Source: an uncultured Candidatus Saccharibacteria bacterium (GTDB lineage Bacteria > Patescibacteriota > CPR2 > UBA1875 > CAIMLA01). Taken from it: DNA of 64,000 nucleotides. The position numbers and the translations under genes were made by a program. The stretch lies in the NCBI GenBank assembly GCA_964501135.1, contig CAZCRI010000001.1, forward strand, positions 128,393 through 192,392. The letters are read 5' to 3'. Each line of letters begins with the position of its first letter. Positions within the stretch are counted from its first letter, which is position 1. Below, piece after piece: positions 39,749 to 49,167 of this stretch. The notes beneath the pieces are model-generated. The model had not been told where the DNA came from. It worked only from the letters and a program-made list of their open reading frames with translations, and did no database searches.

Positions 39749-41457
39749 TAGACTAGTTTTTTGACCTTATCGATTGTCATAAGTCCCAGGTCGCCATCGG
39801 CATAGGAGCGCACAGAAAATTTGCCAGATTCGAGCTCTTTGTCTCCAACTACTAGCATGAATGGGTGTTTCTGCATCTCAGCGTTACGGATTTTTTTGCC
39901 TACGGACTCTTTGCTCTCATCTATGGTTACTCGGATTCCAGCTTCTTTGAGCTCCTTGGCTACCTTAGCGCAGTATTCGACATGGCGGTCAGCAACTGGT
40001 AGTAAGGCCACTTGGAAGGGTGAAAGCCAGACAGGTAATGCGCCGGCATAGTTCTCGAGCAGAATTCCCATAAATCTCTCCATCGAGCCAAATACTGTAC
40101 GGTGAATCATTACTGGTCGTTTGCGATCTCCATTTTCGTCTACGTATTCTAGGTCAAAGCGTTCTGGCATCGAAAAATCGAGCTGAATTGTGGCGCATTG
40201 CCAAGTGCGACCGATGGCGTCAGTGATGTGAAAGTCGAACTTAGGACCGTAGAAGGCGCCATCCCCTGGATTGATTACGAAGTCTAGTTTTAGATCTTTG
40301 GCGACCTCTTCCATCACAGATTCGGCATGCTCCCAGATTTCGTCAGAGCCTATGGATTTCTCGGGGCGAGTGGAGAGCTCCACGTGATACTTTTCGAAGC
40401 CAAGCTCCTTGTACATCTTTTCGATAAGTCGGATGACGTCCTCGAGCTCATCTTTGGCTTGGGCCTCGGTACAGTAAATATGAGCATCATCCTGGGTAAA
40501 GGAACGGACGCGGAAAAGACCGTGCAGGGCGCCTGATAGTTCGTGTCTATGAACTAGGCCTAGCTCGGCATAACGAAGAGGTAGTTCACGGTAAGAGTGG
40601 AGACCAGATTTGTAAATTTGGATTCCTCCAGGGCAGTTCATTGGCTTTATGGCATAACCTTGCTCGTCAATGGTAGTGAAATACATATTGTTTTTATAGT
40701 TATCCCAGTGACCAGATTGATGCCATAGTTCTTCGCGAAGAATGATTGGAGTATTGATCTCCTCATAGCCAGCATTTTTGTGTTCATTTTTCCAATATTC
40801 TGTAAGAAGGTTACGTACAACCATTCCTTTTGGATGCCAAAAGGGGAAACCTGGCCCTTCCTCGTGGAAAGAGAAGAGGTTTAGCTCAGTGCCAAGGCGG
40901 CGATGATCACGTTTTTTGGCTTCCTCCTGAAGCTTTTCGTATTCTCCAAGCTCCTCCGCAGTATCAAAGGCAAGACCATAAATTCGCTGGAGCATCTTGT
41001 TCTTCTCGCTACCTTTCCAGTAGGCACCGGCAATAGAGACGAGTTTAAAGGCTTTAGTATCTAGCTCTTTGGTATTCTCGACGTGGGGACCAGCACAAAG
41101 GTCGACAAAACCGTCTACTCGGTAAAAAGAGACTGTTTTCTCACCTTTTGCAGTCAGGTCTTCTATAAGCTCAGCTTTATAGGTTTGTTTTTTCTTTCTG
41201 GCTTCTGCTAGGGCATCGGCAACCGGTACTTCTGAGCGCTCGAAGCTACCTCCAGATTTAATAAGCTGCTTCATCGCCTTTTGTAGTAGTGGCAAGTCCT
41301 CTGGGATTAGAGTCCTGGGTAGCTCAAAATCGTAATAAAATCCATTATCAATCGCAGGTCCAATAGCGAGCTTGGCCTCTGGGAACATTTCCAGTACCGC
41401 CGCTGCTAGGATGTGGCTATAGCTATGTCTTTTGGTTTCAATGCTTGGTTTATTCAT
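39748..41457 (-). CDS. thrS: threonine--tRNA ligase
   Basis: class II aaRS motifs (HRxxxGxxxRF... FRxE, GSMERFMGILLE), C-terminal anticodon-binding domain; AAGGAG RBS before ATG 41457. Confidence 0.9.
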   Translation of the reverse strand: MNKPSIETKRHSYSHILAAAVLEMFPEAKLAIGPAIDNGFYYDFELPRTLIPEDLPLLQKAMKQLIKSGGSFERSEVPVADALAEARKKKQTYKAELIEDLTAKGEKTVSFYRVDGFVDLCAGPHVENTKELDTKAFKLVSIAGAYWKGSEKNKMLQRIYGLAFDTAEELGEYEKLQEEAKKRDHRRLGTELNLFSFHEEGPGFPFWHPKGMVVRNLLTEYWKNEHKNAGYEEINTPIILREELWHQSGHWDNYKNNMYFTTIDEQGYAIKPMNCPGGIQIYKSGLHSYRELPLRYAELGLVHRHELSGALHGLFRVRSFTQDDAHIYCTEAQAKDELEDVIRLIEKMYKELGFEKYHVELSTRPEKSIGSDEIWEHAESVMEEVAKDLKLDFVINPGDGAFYGPKFDFHITDAIGRTWQCATIQLDFSMPERFDLEYVDENGDRKRPVMIHRTVFGSMERFMGILLENYAGALPVWLSPFQVALLPVADRHVEYCAKVAKELKEAGIRVTIDESKESVGKKIRNAEMQKHPFMLVVGDKELESGKFSVRSYADGDLGLMTIDKVKKLV

Positions 41458-41650
41458 GGTTTTCTCCTTTTTAACAAAAATACGGCCCAATAAGGCCGTC
41501 AAGTCCCGTAATCCAACGGGAGGTTCCACTCGACTTTCCCCGACGCTTCGGTCGGGAACTCTCTTTGGCCCATATCCACCTGGGCTCCTGGGTGAGACTC
41601 GGAGGTTGGTGAGGCCTCGTCGTGGTCTAAATCTATGAATTGAGTATACT
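41458..41650 (-). promoter_or_regulatory. T-box riboswitch-like leader of thrS with intrinsic attenuator terminator
   Basis: minus strand: terminator ACGGCC-TTATTG-GGCCGT + ATTTTTGTT directly upstream of RBS; upstream AGUGGAACC with UGGA bulge complementary to 3' ACCU of the tRNA-Thr above (discriminator U); ACC codon in upstream loop region. Confidence 0.6.
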
Positions 41651-41672
41651 ACTCAATGTTGTGGTTTACAAA

Positions 41673-41749
41673 TGGTGGGTGATACAGGGCTCGAACCTGT
41701 GACCTCTGCAATGTCAATGCAACGCTCTAGCCAGCTGAGCTAATCACCC
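41673..41749 (-). tRNA. tRNA-Val (anticodon GAC), CCA encoded
   Basis: minus strand GGGTGAT...anticodon loop TTGACAT...T-loop TTCGAGC...ATCACCCACCA. Confidence 0.8.
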
Positions 41750-41811
41750 GCAACTCGAGTATTCTAGCATTATTCAGGCGTAATTTCAATGGAGTATGGT
41801 ATAATTCCCTC

Positions 41812-42312
41812 ATGAAAAAGCTTCAAGATCGTTGGTACCACGACGGTGGGATCAACTATACTTTTACCTGGCTTGGAAGGATAGAGATTGATTCTGTTGC
41901 GCCCGTAACTCAAGCTTATGGTTTCTGTTATAGTTCTGAAGGAAGGTTGCTTGTGGTCGATAGCCTGATTGACGGCCGTTTTCAGGTACCGGGCGGTACT
42001 GTTGAAACCGGTGAGACAACAAGAGAAGCGTTAGTGCGTGAAATCATCGAAGAGGCCAATACCACTATTTATGATATCCAGTACCTTGGGATGCAAAAGG
42101 TAGAAAATGATACAAACGACGAAGTGGTTTACCAAGCTCGATACTTCGCGAGAATTAAAGAGGTAGGAGAACTACTACCAGATCCTGACAAAGGCTACGT
42201 TCTACCTCGTAAGCTCATCGACCCTAGAGACTACACCAAGGTCTCTCAGTGGGGCCCGATTGGCGAAGAGCTTATCCGTTTGTCTATGGAAAAATTGAGG
42301 ATTTTAAAGTAA
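41812..42312 (+). CDS. NUDIX hydrolase
   Basis: Nudix box GGTVETGETTREALVREIIEEAN. Confidence 0.75.
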   Translation: MKKLQDRWYHDGGINYTFTWLGRIEIDSVAPVTQAYGFCYSSEGRLLVVDSLIDGRFQVPGGTVETGETTREALVREIIEEANTTIYDIQYLGMQKVENDTNDEVVYQARYFARIKEVGELLPDPDKGYVLPRKLIDPRDYTKVSQWGPIGEELIRLSMEKLRILK

Positions 42313-42329
42313 GATATCGTAGTTATTTC

Positions 42330-42416
42330 GGGGATGTGGTGAAATTGGTATACACGCTACGTTCAGGTCGTAGTGGGGTCAAACCCGTGGGAGTTCGAGT
42401 CTCCCCATCCCCACCA
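42330..42416 (+). tRNA. tRNA-Leu (anticodon CAG), class II long variable arm, CCA encoded
   Basis: acceptor GGGGATG/CATCCCC, anticodon loop TTCAGGT, variable arm TGGGGTCAAACCCGT. Confidence 0.85.
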
Positions 42417-42419
42417 TAA

Positions 42420-42450
42420 TGAAAACCCAACACTTGTTGGGTTTTCATTA
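42420..42450 (+). terminator. rho-independent terminator after tRNA-Leu
   Basis: AAAACCCAAC-ACTT-GTTGGGTTTT. Confidence 0.7.
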
Positions 42451-42553
42451 TGTATTAAATACCGTTGACAAAATCTTTCCACTTTCTCTTTAATTGCTTT
42501 ATACTACGGATATAGGGTGTTTAGGGAATCCCAAAAGGAAGGAGGTGAAAAAA

Positions 42554-43228
42554 ATGCAAGATATCGCACAAGTTACTTCGACTGCTGTCGTTGACTCACT
42601 ATCCAAGATCGTTAGCTATCTTCCAAACGTTCTAGGCGCTTTGGTAATTCTACTTATTGGCATAGTTGTCGGCTGGGCAGTCAAGTTCGTTATTGTAAAG
42701 GGTCTTGGGTTCATTAAACTCAAGAAATATACCGACGCAGTTGGTCTTGGCAACATCTTCACGGAGAAGGTAGAATTCGTTTCTCTTCTCGGAGATCTCG
42801 CTAAATGGACGATTGTTATCGCTTTCCTTCTGCCAGCTTTCCAGGTTCTAAATCTAGAAGCTGCAAATGAAATCGTACTTGGTATCCTGTCTTATATCCC
42901 CGATGTTATCAAAGCCGTTGTTGCAATCGTAGTTGGTGCTGTAGTTGCTGATCTCGCTTCGCGCGTGATTCGTGCTACTGCTGCTACTATCGGTACACAT
43001 ACAGCTGACATCGCTGCCGATGTTGCTCGCTGGGCTATCATGGCCTTCGTGCTTCTTGGCGCACTACAACAGCTCAATATCTTACCAGAGCTCGTTAGCA
43101 CACTTACTATCGGTGTCGTTGCTTTCTTCGTCATCGCAGGTGGTCTCGCTTTCGGTCTAGGTTCCAAGGATGCTGCTGCTGACGTAGTTGCAAATTTCCG
43201 CAAGCGTCTACCAAAACAGAAAAAATAG
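42554..43228 (+). CDS. membrane protein with two conserved-TM-helix repeats (MscS-N-terminal-like TM_helix motif)
   Basis: GGAGG RBS 8 nt before ATG 42554; repeats ...SYLPNVLGALVILLIGIVVGW... and ...SYIPDVIKAVVAIVVGAVVA... Confidence 0.55.
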   Translation: MQDIAQVTSTAVVDSLSKIVSYLPNVLGALVILLIGIVVGWAVKFVIVKGLGFIKLKKYTDAVGLGNIFTEKVEFVSLLGDLAKWTIVIAFLLPAFQVLNLEAANEIVLGILSYIPDVIKAVVAIVVGAVVADLASRVIRATAATIGTHTADIAADVARWAIMAFVLLGALQQLNILPELVSTLTIGVVAFFVIAGGLAFGLGSKDAAADVVANFRKRLPKQKK

Positions 43229-43283
43229 GGGACAATTGCCCAAAAATATGAGAGGTTTTGCCACATTAGTGGGGAAGCCTCTT

Positions 43284-44216
43284 TTATTTTGTTTTATTTT
43301 CTTTGTATACTGAGGCAGCTAACTCAGGTGGAATGGAATTAATAATGATACCAGTCCCCAACTCTAGGCCGGCCCAGATATTTGGCCGTGGGGAGAGTTT
43401 TAGATGAGTATGGTAGTCTTCATGGTTGACGGCATTTTCAAAGAAGTAGTTGTAGGCAATGCCGAGCTCATCTAGCTTCGCAAGTACAATCTTCAGGACT
43501 GTTGCCAGTGATTCCTTCTCGCCCTTTGTAAGTTCAGAGAAGGTTGCCACATGCCGCTTCGGTATAAACCAGGCACCGTATGGTGAGTCGCTAGCATAAG
43601 GAGCCAGGACGAAAAAGTTTTCATCCTCCCATATCACTCGACTGCTGCCCTTCTCCTTTTCGATTATGTCGCAGTAGGGGCAATTTACGTGTTCTAGTCG
43701 GTATTCATTGTAGGCCTTGGCTTCCTCTTCTACTTTTGGAGGAACTATTGGTAACGCGATAATTTGGGTGTGGGAGTGGGAAACCGAAGCCCCTGCTTTG
43801 CCGCCTTCGTTTTTAAAAACGATTACATGTTTGACTTTAGGCATTGCGCGCAAGGTGTCGAATCTGTCGATACAGGCATCAATTATATTTACTATATGGC
43901 TTACGGCAAGTTCGTGGAGTTCCTTGCAGTGATTGCGCGTTTCAATAAGGACTTCTTGCTGTCCAAAAGCACGAGTATTCTCCGTGCTAAGGGCACTGAA
44001 CTTATTGATAACCGAAATCACGTCCCATTTGCCGTCGCTATTTTTATGTTGATAGGTTACTATCTCGTCTGAAGAGAGATTCTGAGGACAGAAAAAGCAT
44101 TCCTTACTGCAATTATCAGCTGGCTGAGTAATCTTCTGCGGTCGCTTGGCACGCTTAGGGGCGATAATGACGTATTTATCTAAAAAGTAATCCTTGCGAA
44201 TTTCTGATTTTTCCAT
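43284..44216 (-). CDS. galT: galactose-1-phosphate uridylyltransferase-family (HIT-like) protein
   Basis: DKYVIIAPKRAKRP, Zn site CFFCP, HSHTQI (HxHxQ) motif; ORF extends to 44312 but would overlap divergent gene, MEKSEI start preferred. Confidence 0.65.
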   Translation of the reverse strand: MEKSEIRKDYFLDKYVIIAPKRAKRPQKITQPADNCSKECFFCPQNLSSDEIVTYQHKNSDGKWDVISVINKFSALSTENTRAFGQQEVLIETRNHCKELHELAVSHIVNIIDACIDRFDTLRAMPKVKHVIVFKNEGGKAGASVSHSHTQIIALPIVPPKVEEEAKAYNEYRLEHVNCPYCDIIEKEKGSSRVIWEDENFFVLAPYASDSPYGAWFIPKRHVATFSELTKGEKESLATVLKIVLAKLDELGIAYNYFFENAVNHEDYHTHLKLSPRPNIWAGLELGTGIIINSIPPELAASVYKENKTK

Positions 44217-44310
44217 GAACCCTCCGATAAAAGTATAGAGTAGCTGGTTGCTAGTAGCAAGTATTTCAGGTTTAGACATAGGTGTATAATTTTGATGAAA
44301 AGGAGTTGCC

Positions 44311-44574
44311 ATGAAGAAAAATAAATTTTGCCAAAGCTGTGGCTATCCTATGTCAAAAGACAAGAATGGCGGCGGCACTGAAGCGGATGGTACCAAGAGC
44401 GCGAAATACTGCTCGATGTGCTATATGGGCGGAGAGTTTTTAAGCCCGCCAGAGGTGGACACGGCCGAGAAGTTCCAGGTGTATTGTATTCAGGAAATGA
44501 AGAAAGACGGTATGAATGGTTTTGTGGCTTGGTTTCTGACCAGGGGGATACCAAAATTAGAAAGATGGCAGTAG
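44311..44574 (+). CDS. zinc-ribbon domain protein (87 aa)
   Basis: AAAGGAG RBS; CQSCGYPM...YCSMCY Cys4 pattern. Confidence 0.6.
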   Translation: MKKNKFCQSCGYPMSKDKNGGGTEADGTKSAKYCSMCYMGGEFLSPPEVDTAEKFQVYCIQEMKKDGMNGFVAWFLTRGIPKLERWQ

Positions 44575-44595
44575 ACAACTTTTCGCCGGAGATTT

Positions 44596-44937
44596 CTACG
44601 ACCTAAGTATAAATAGTATTAGGAATCCAAATAGGGTATAAAATCCGAGCCATAAAATACTGTATATCACAGCTCTTGTACCATCATCCTTTTTGCCGTC
44701 AAGAAACAGTAACAGAGGTTTCCCAAAAGTTAGCCCGCCAACGATAGCTGCTGACAGACAAAAGAGCAGTAGTAATACGAAGGGCGTAAGCATGTTATCT
44801 GTCTCACCAAAAATTTTTGAACCATTTTGCATTAGTTGCGATACGCCGAAAATATAGAGCGAGGCGACTGATAGGTTTCGGAATGTTATTAACAATAGTT
44901 TGTCTTTCATATATACATGATAACAAAAATATTCCAC
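44596..44937 (-). CDS. small integral membrane protein, hypothetical
   Basis: 113 aa, three hydrophobic helices. Confidence 0.45.
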   Translation of the reverse strand: MEYFCYHVYMKDKLLLITFRNLSVASLYIFGVSQLMQNGSKIFGETDNMLTPFVLLLLFCLSAAIVGGLTFGKPLLLFLDGKKDDGTRAVIYSILWLGFYTLFGFLILFILRS

Positions 44938-44953
44938 ATTTGTGGAATATTTT

Positions 44954-44998
44954 TGGTGGAGCGTAGTAGATGAAGCTTGGAACTACTACACTCCACCA
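44954..44998. repeat. palindromic repeat copy 1 (TGGTGGAGCGTAGTAG-ATGAAGCTTGGAA-CTACTACACTCCACCA), preceded by terminator-like hairpin
   Basis: near-perfect 16-bp inverted arms; shares 36-bp core with copies at 47144 and 47858. Confidence 0.8.
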
Positions 44999-45014
44999 TT
45001 GACGTGTATTTAGT

Positions 45015-45701
45015 TTATCTTGCTACTAGAGTCTTAAGTTTCTTTGGGAGAAAGTAATTTAGATGCCAAAGGATATGTAGAATAGATATTTCTGCCATCA
45101 TAGTACCACCAATTACATGCCAGTAAATTGTTGAGAACGGGAAATTCAAGACTAGACCGTAGGTAACCTTGAGCACTAGGAGGGTTCCGAATATGCCTGC
45201 TGGCACAAAGCTAAATAGAAGTATGTAGTTCCAAATTTTTCTATGTGTAATTGTCTTAATTTTCTTAAACTTTGAAAGTAACCAAGTTACCAGATATAGT
45301 ATAAGCGTCACTATAGTAACTTCTAGGAAATAATAATTTTTTGTTGGATTCTTAATTTCTTCAGCCTTTTCTTGCTTCTTAGTAGTGATAACCTGTTCTG
45401 TAGAGGTTCCGCTGTTTGTTATCAACGATTTCGCAATATCATTAGCAGAACTAGGTTCGAGGCCAGCATTATCATGTAATTTCTGAATTTCATCAGAAGA
45501 GCTAACGTTTATATTTAGGAGCTTACCTAAATTATTTGCATATTCGGTTGCGGAAATCTTATAAAAATCCGCGACTTCTTGTATGCTCATGGTTTTGATT
45601 TCACCACCGCTGAGAGTTGATTCATCGGCTTCAGCAAAAACAGCTGTTAGGGGAGCGAGAATTAGAATTATTCCCAGAGTGATTAGTAGTTTCTTAAGCA
45701 T
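45015..45701 (-). CDS. hypothetical protein with signal peptide and C-terminal multi-TM domain
   Basis: 228 aa; MLKKLLITLGIILILAPLTAVFA signal; C-terminal hydrophobic helices. Confidence 0.5.
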   Translation of the reverse strand: MLKKLLITLGIILILAPLTAVFAEADESTLSGGEIKTMSIQEVADFYKISATEYANNLGKLLNINVSSSDEIQKLHDNAGLEPSSANDIAKSLITNSGTSTEQVITTKKQEKAEEIKNPTKNYYFLEVTIVTLILYLVTWLLSKFKKIKTITHRKIWNYILLFSFVPAGIFGTLLVLKVTYGLVLNFPFSTIYWHVIGGTMMAEISILHILWHLNYFLPKKLKTLVAR

Positions 45702-45912
45702 TTCTATAGGCCTCCTTTATTTACTTAAGATAATATGAATATAAACTGAGAAAAACCTGAGAACGGTAAACATCAGACCTTGAAAACGCCATGGTAAAAC
45801 TTTGCCTGCCCGACCCCGGAGTGATTTTAGTGTGTTTGAATGCTAGGGATACTCCTGATTGAGCGCTTTAAGGTTGTAGGGTACAATTATTAGATTAATT
45901 TAGGAGAAATAA

Positions 45913-46101
45913 ATGCCGATCTATGTTTATAAAGCGAAATGCCCGCAAGACCATGTTTGTCCTGCCATGAGAGTTTGCCCAGTGTCTGCACTTTCTCAAG
46001 AGGGATTCGACGCTCCAGTAGTAGATAAAGATAAGTGTATAGAATGTGGGGCTTGTTCAAGGTTGTGTCCTATGGGCGCTTTGCAGTTTATGAAGGAGTA
46101 G
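45913..46101 (+). CDS. small 4Fe-4S ferredoxin-like protein
   Basis: CIECGACSRLCP cluster motif plus second Cys group; GGAG RBS. Confidence 0.6.
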   Translation: MPIYVYKAKCPQDHVCPAMRVCPVSALSQEGFDAPVVDKDKCIECGACSRLCPMGALQFMKE

Positions 46102-46141
46102 TGGTTTGACTCGACGGGTTCGAGTCTATAATATGTAGTAG

Positions 46142-47107
46142 ATGGATGTGTTTATACCTATTCAAATATTTGCTGATATGTTGGTTTACAATGTATTTCA
46201 CGTAGCCAAGGGGAGTGCTCTTGGTAACACTCTGAACTTTTTTGTATATGATACGATAAAAATTCTTATTTTATTAACTGTTATTATCTTCATAGTTTCC
46301 CTGATAAGGTCATATTTTCCTCCCGAGAAAACAAAGAGGCTGCTCGGCAAACACGATAAAACACTTTTGGGTAATTTCCTTGCCGCTTTACTTGGTATCG
46401 TTACTCCCTTTTGCTCGTGTTCTGCGGTTCCGTTATTTATGGGATTCGTTCAAGCCGGGATACCATTAGGGACAACATTTTCTTTTCTTATCTCATCACC
46501 GATGGTAAATGAAGTAGCCCTAGTGCTTCTTTGGGGCCTGTTCGGCTGGAAGATTGCTGTTATCTATATAGTTTCAGGAGTAGTCATCGCTACTGTGGGT
46601 GGTTGGGTTATGGGTAAGCTAAAGCTCGAAAGGTGGGTCGAAGAGTTTGTTTATAAAATGGTAGTTGGCAGTAAATCCGAAAAGGAACTATCTGTAAACG
46701 ACCGACTGGTATACGCAAAAAAATATGTGATAGAGATTGTTAGTAGTGTATGGATATACATTGTTATTGGCGTAGGTCTAGGCGCCCTGATGCATGGTTA
46801 TGCGCCAAGTGACTTTCTAGCGAGATTCGCAGGTCCAGATAATCCATTCGCAGTTCCTATGGCTGTGCTCGTAGGTATCCCTTTGTACTCAAATGCTGCA
46901 GGAACAGTACCAATCGTCTCTGTTTTGGTAGATAGGGGAATGGCGATGGGAACAGCCCTTGCTTTTATGATGTCAGTTACAGCCTTATCATTACCAGAAT
47001 TTATTATTTTGAAGAAAATACTTAAACCCAAGTTGATAGCTACTTATGCTGCTATTGTGGGACTAGGAATCATCTTCATAGGCTATCTTTTTAATATAAT
47101 ACTATAA
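46142..47107 (+). CDS. DUF318/ArsP-family permease (putative organoarsenical efflux permease)
   Basis: multi-TM; conserved TPFCSCS motif (GIVTPFCSCSAVPL). Confidence 0.6.
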   Translation: MDVFIPIQIFADMLVYNVFHVAKGSALGNTLNFFVYDTIKILILLTVIIFIVSLIRSYFPPEKTKRLLGKHDKTLLGNFLAALLGIVTPFCSCSAVPLFMGFVQAGIPLGTTFSFLISSPMVNEVALVLLWGLFGWKIAVIYIVSGVVIATVGGWVMGKLKLERWVEEFVYKMVVGSKSEKELSVNDRLVYAKKYVIEIVSSVWIYIVIGVGLGALMHGYAPSDFLARFAGPDNPFAVPMAVLVGIPLYSNAAGTVPIVSVLVDRGMAMGTALAFMMSVTALSLPEFIILKKILKPKLIATYAAIVGLGIIFIGYLFNIIL

Positions 47108-47143
47108 AACAAAAAAGGCTTTATCAAGCCTTAATAATTGTCA

Positions 47144-47177
47144 TGGTGGAGCGTAGTAGATGAAGTTTGGAACTACT
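47144..47177. repeat. palindromic repeat copy 2 (core TGGTGGAGCGTAGTAGATGAAGTTTGGAACTACT), preceded by terminator hairpin 47115-47132
   Basis: 34/36 identical to copy 1 core. Confidence 0.8.
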
Positions 47178-47183
47178 TTGAAG

Positions 47184-47783
47184 CTAAAGACCTTTTATCG
47201 TTTCAACAAGCTCGGGGAAATGTTCTAGTTTAAAATGACCCTTGTCGTCAAATAATATAACCTCAGATTTCGGTGATTCTTCGTTATATTTATAGACATG
47301 GTCTAAAGGAACCACTATATCATCTTTGCTTTGAATTAGAATTATCTTATTAGTTTGATCATTTAAACCAATAAGTGATTTTGTTAAAGTAAATGACCCT
47401 AATTCTTCATCTTCAAGCTCTTCATAAGGAGCTGAGACTAATATTACGGCCTTTATGGTTTTGGGGAATTTGTTTTCAGATAAATACTTCGCAAGAAATA
47501 TTCCACCAAGCGAATGGCCGATAAGAATTACATTATTATTGAGGAGGGGAATTATTTTCTCAAACCAAATTGACCACTCTGTGTATTGAGCATTGGTTCC
47601 GTTTGGCATTCTAGGGCTTAAAACTTCATAGTCATCACCAAGATCTGCCGCTAAAGAATCTTTCCATGCCAGTGTATATTTTAACTTTTCTGGTTTGAGA
47701 ACGTATGCTTTCAGATATTCAAGATAATTCCCATAGCTTGAGAAGGTTGTCCCACCGTGAATTATTAAAACTTGTTGTTTCAT
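47184..47783 (-). CDS. alpha/beta-hydrolase-fold serine esterase (RBBP9/YdeN-like)
   Basis: GHSLGG nucleophile elbow, Asp and His downstream. Confidence 0.65.
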   Translation of the reverse strand: MKQQVLIIHGGTTFSSYGNYLEYLKAYVLKPEKLKYTLAWKDSLAADLGDDYEVLSPRMPNGTNAQYTEWSIWFEKIIPLLNNNVILIGHSLGGIFLAKYLSENKFPKTIKAVILVSAPYEELEDEELGSFTLTKSLIGLNDQTNKIILIQSKDDIVVPLDHVYKYNEESPKSEVILFDDKGHFKLEHFPELVETIKGL

Positions 47784-47857
47784 AGATACATTTTAACACA
47801 AAACTAGTTCAAACATTTACCTAAAACCATGATAATGCCTTTTATAAGGCATTATCA

Positions 47858-47893
47858 TGGTGGAGCGTAGTAGAAGAAGTTTGGAACTACTAC
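47858..47893. repeat. palindromic repeat copy 3 (core TGGTGGAGCGTAGTAGAAGAAGTTTGGAACTACTAC), preceded by 10-bp-stem hairpin 47831-47856
   Basis: same orientation as copies 1 and 2. Confidence 0.8.
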
Positions 47894-47959
47894 TCGCTAG
47901 CTTGCCGGTAATGGAAATCAGTACTTACTACAGTGTCTGTTTCGTAATATAATTTAACT

Positions 47960-48934
47960 ATGATAGGTATCGTCACTTTAATCGTTGTTGGCTTCTGCCT
48001 CCTAGTGCTTGGAGGGAATTTTGTGGTCAAGGGGGCAACATCTTTCGCTAAGAAACTGGGTATACCGACACTGATCGTTGGGCTCACCGTGGTTGCTTTT
48101 GGTACTAGTGTCCCAGAACTTTTTGTAACTACCGCTTCGACACTAAAGGGTGTCAGTGAATTTGCCCTATCAGATATTATAGGTAGTAATATAGTTAACT
48201 CACTAATGATATTGGGCGTAGCTATAGCCATAAGGCCCATAAAGACAAGCTCAAAGGCTATCCATAGGCTTCTTTATTCACTAACTATTTTTTCTTTACT
48301 CTTTTGGATTGTTTCCGACAGGATATTTATATTAAAGCCGAATGTTATAGATATTGGCTTTTTGGAAGGACTCATTTTACTAGGTGCCTTTTCATACTTC
48401 ATATTCACTCATATTCGTAAGGTTTACCTAGATAACAATGAAAAACAACTGACAGAAGAGTATGAAAGAGCGGAGCCAGGTATTTTATCAACTGCTCAAT
48501 CTATATTAGAAATTAGTATTGGCGTCGTAGCACTAACGTTTGGTGCAAAGTTTGTGGTAGACAATGCCGTGCAAATATGTGAAATGTTTAATATTAGTAA
48601 AACGTATATAGGCCTAACCGTTCTTACTCTCGGTACATCACTACCAGAGCTGGCGACAGTAATCGTTGCTTCGTTAAAAGATGAGGGAGAGATAGTGCTA
48701 GGTAATATCATTGGCAGTAATATATTTAATATCGCGTTTATCCTCGGCATCTCTGGCCTAGTGGGTGGTATTTCGGCTAACGGAATGATGAGAGTAGACA
48801 TTATATTTATGATACTTGTGGGTATCCTTCTTCACTATATCGCAGATAAAAAGAAGATATACTCTAAGGTATTTGGATACCAGCTCATCGCACTTTATCT
48901 GACCTACTTTATATTAATTTCTTTTAGAGGCTGA
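47960..48934 (+). CDS. CaCA-family sodium/calcium exchanger membrane protein (YrbG-like)
   Basis: two alpha-repeat motifs GTSVPELFVT and GTSLPELATV. Confidence 0.8.
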   Translation: MIGIVTLIVVGFCLLVLGGNFVVKGATSFAKKLGIPTLIVGLTVVAFGTSVPELFVTTASTLKGVSEFALSDIIGSNIVNSLMILGVAIAIRPIKTSSKAIHRLLYSLTIFSLLFWIVSDRIFILKPNVIDIGFLEGLILLGAFSYFIFTHIRKVYLDNNEKQLTEEYERAEPGILSTAQSILEISIGVVALTFGAKFVVDNAVQICEMFNISKTYIGLTVLTLGTSLPELATVIVASLKDEGEIVLGNIIGSNIFNIAFILGISGLVGGISANGMMRVDIIFMILVGILLHYIADKKKIYSKVFGYQLIALYLTYFILISFRG

Positions 48935-48975
48935 TACTGGTGTATAGTAGGAAGAGATTAAGTTAAGGGAGAAAC

Positions 48976-49167
48976 ATGAAACTATTTCACGATTATACAT
49001 TCAATTGGTGGCAGTTGGGGATATTCAAGCTTTCACTACTATCTATCGGCGTTATTCTCGGTGCTTATTGGAGCGATCTTTTCCTTAGTAACCTCATCTA
49101 TGTTTCGGTCGTTGTGATTATCTCAACTTTGTATGTTTTAATTATCGCCCTAAAGCAAACTAAATAA
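48976..49167 (+). CDS. small membrane protein (63 aa), hypothetical
   Basis: two hydrophobic helices; GGGAG RBS. Confidence 0.4.
   Translation: MKLFHDYTFNWWQLGIFKLSLLSIGVILGAYWSDLFLSNLIYVSVVVIISTLYVLIIALKQTK

Noticed and set aside
41458-41529. Extended thrS N-terminus (MEPPVGLRDLTALLGRIFVKKEKT)
   Set aside because: It is a translation of the leader/terminator RNA. The true start, ATG 41457, has an AAGGAG RBS.
44954-47893. Interpretation of the 36-bp palindromes as integron attC sites
   Set aside because: There is no R'' (RYYYAAC) or R' (GTTRRRY) core, the cassette genes are in mixed orientations, and no IntI gene is present. The conserved centre with variable flanks is the opposite of the attC pattern.
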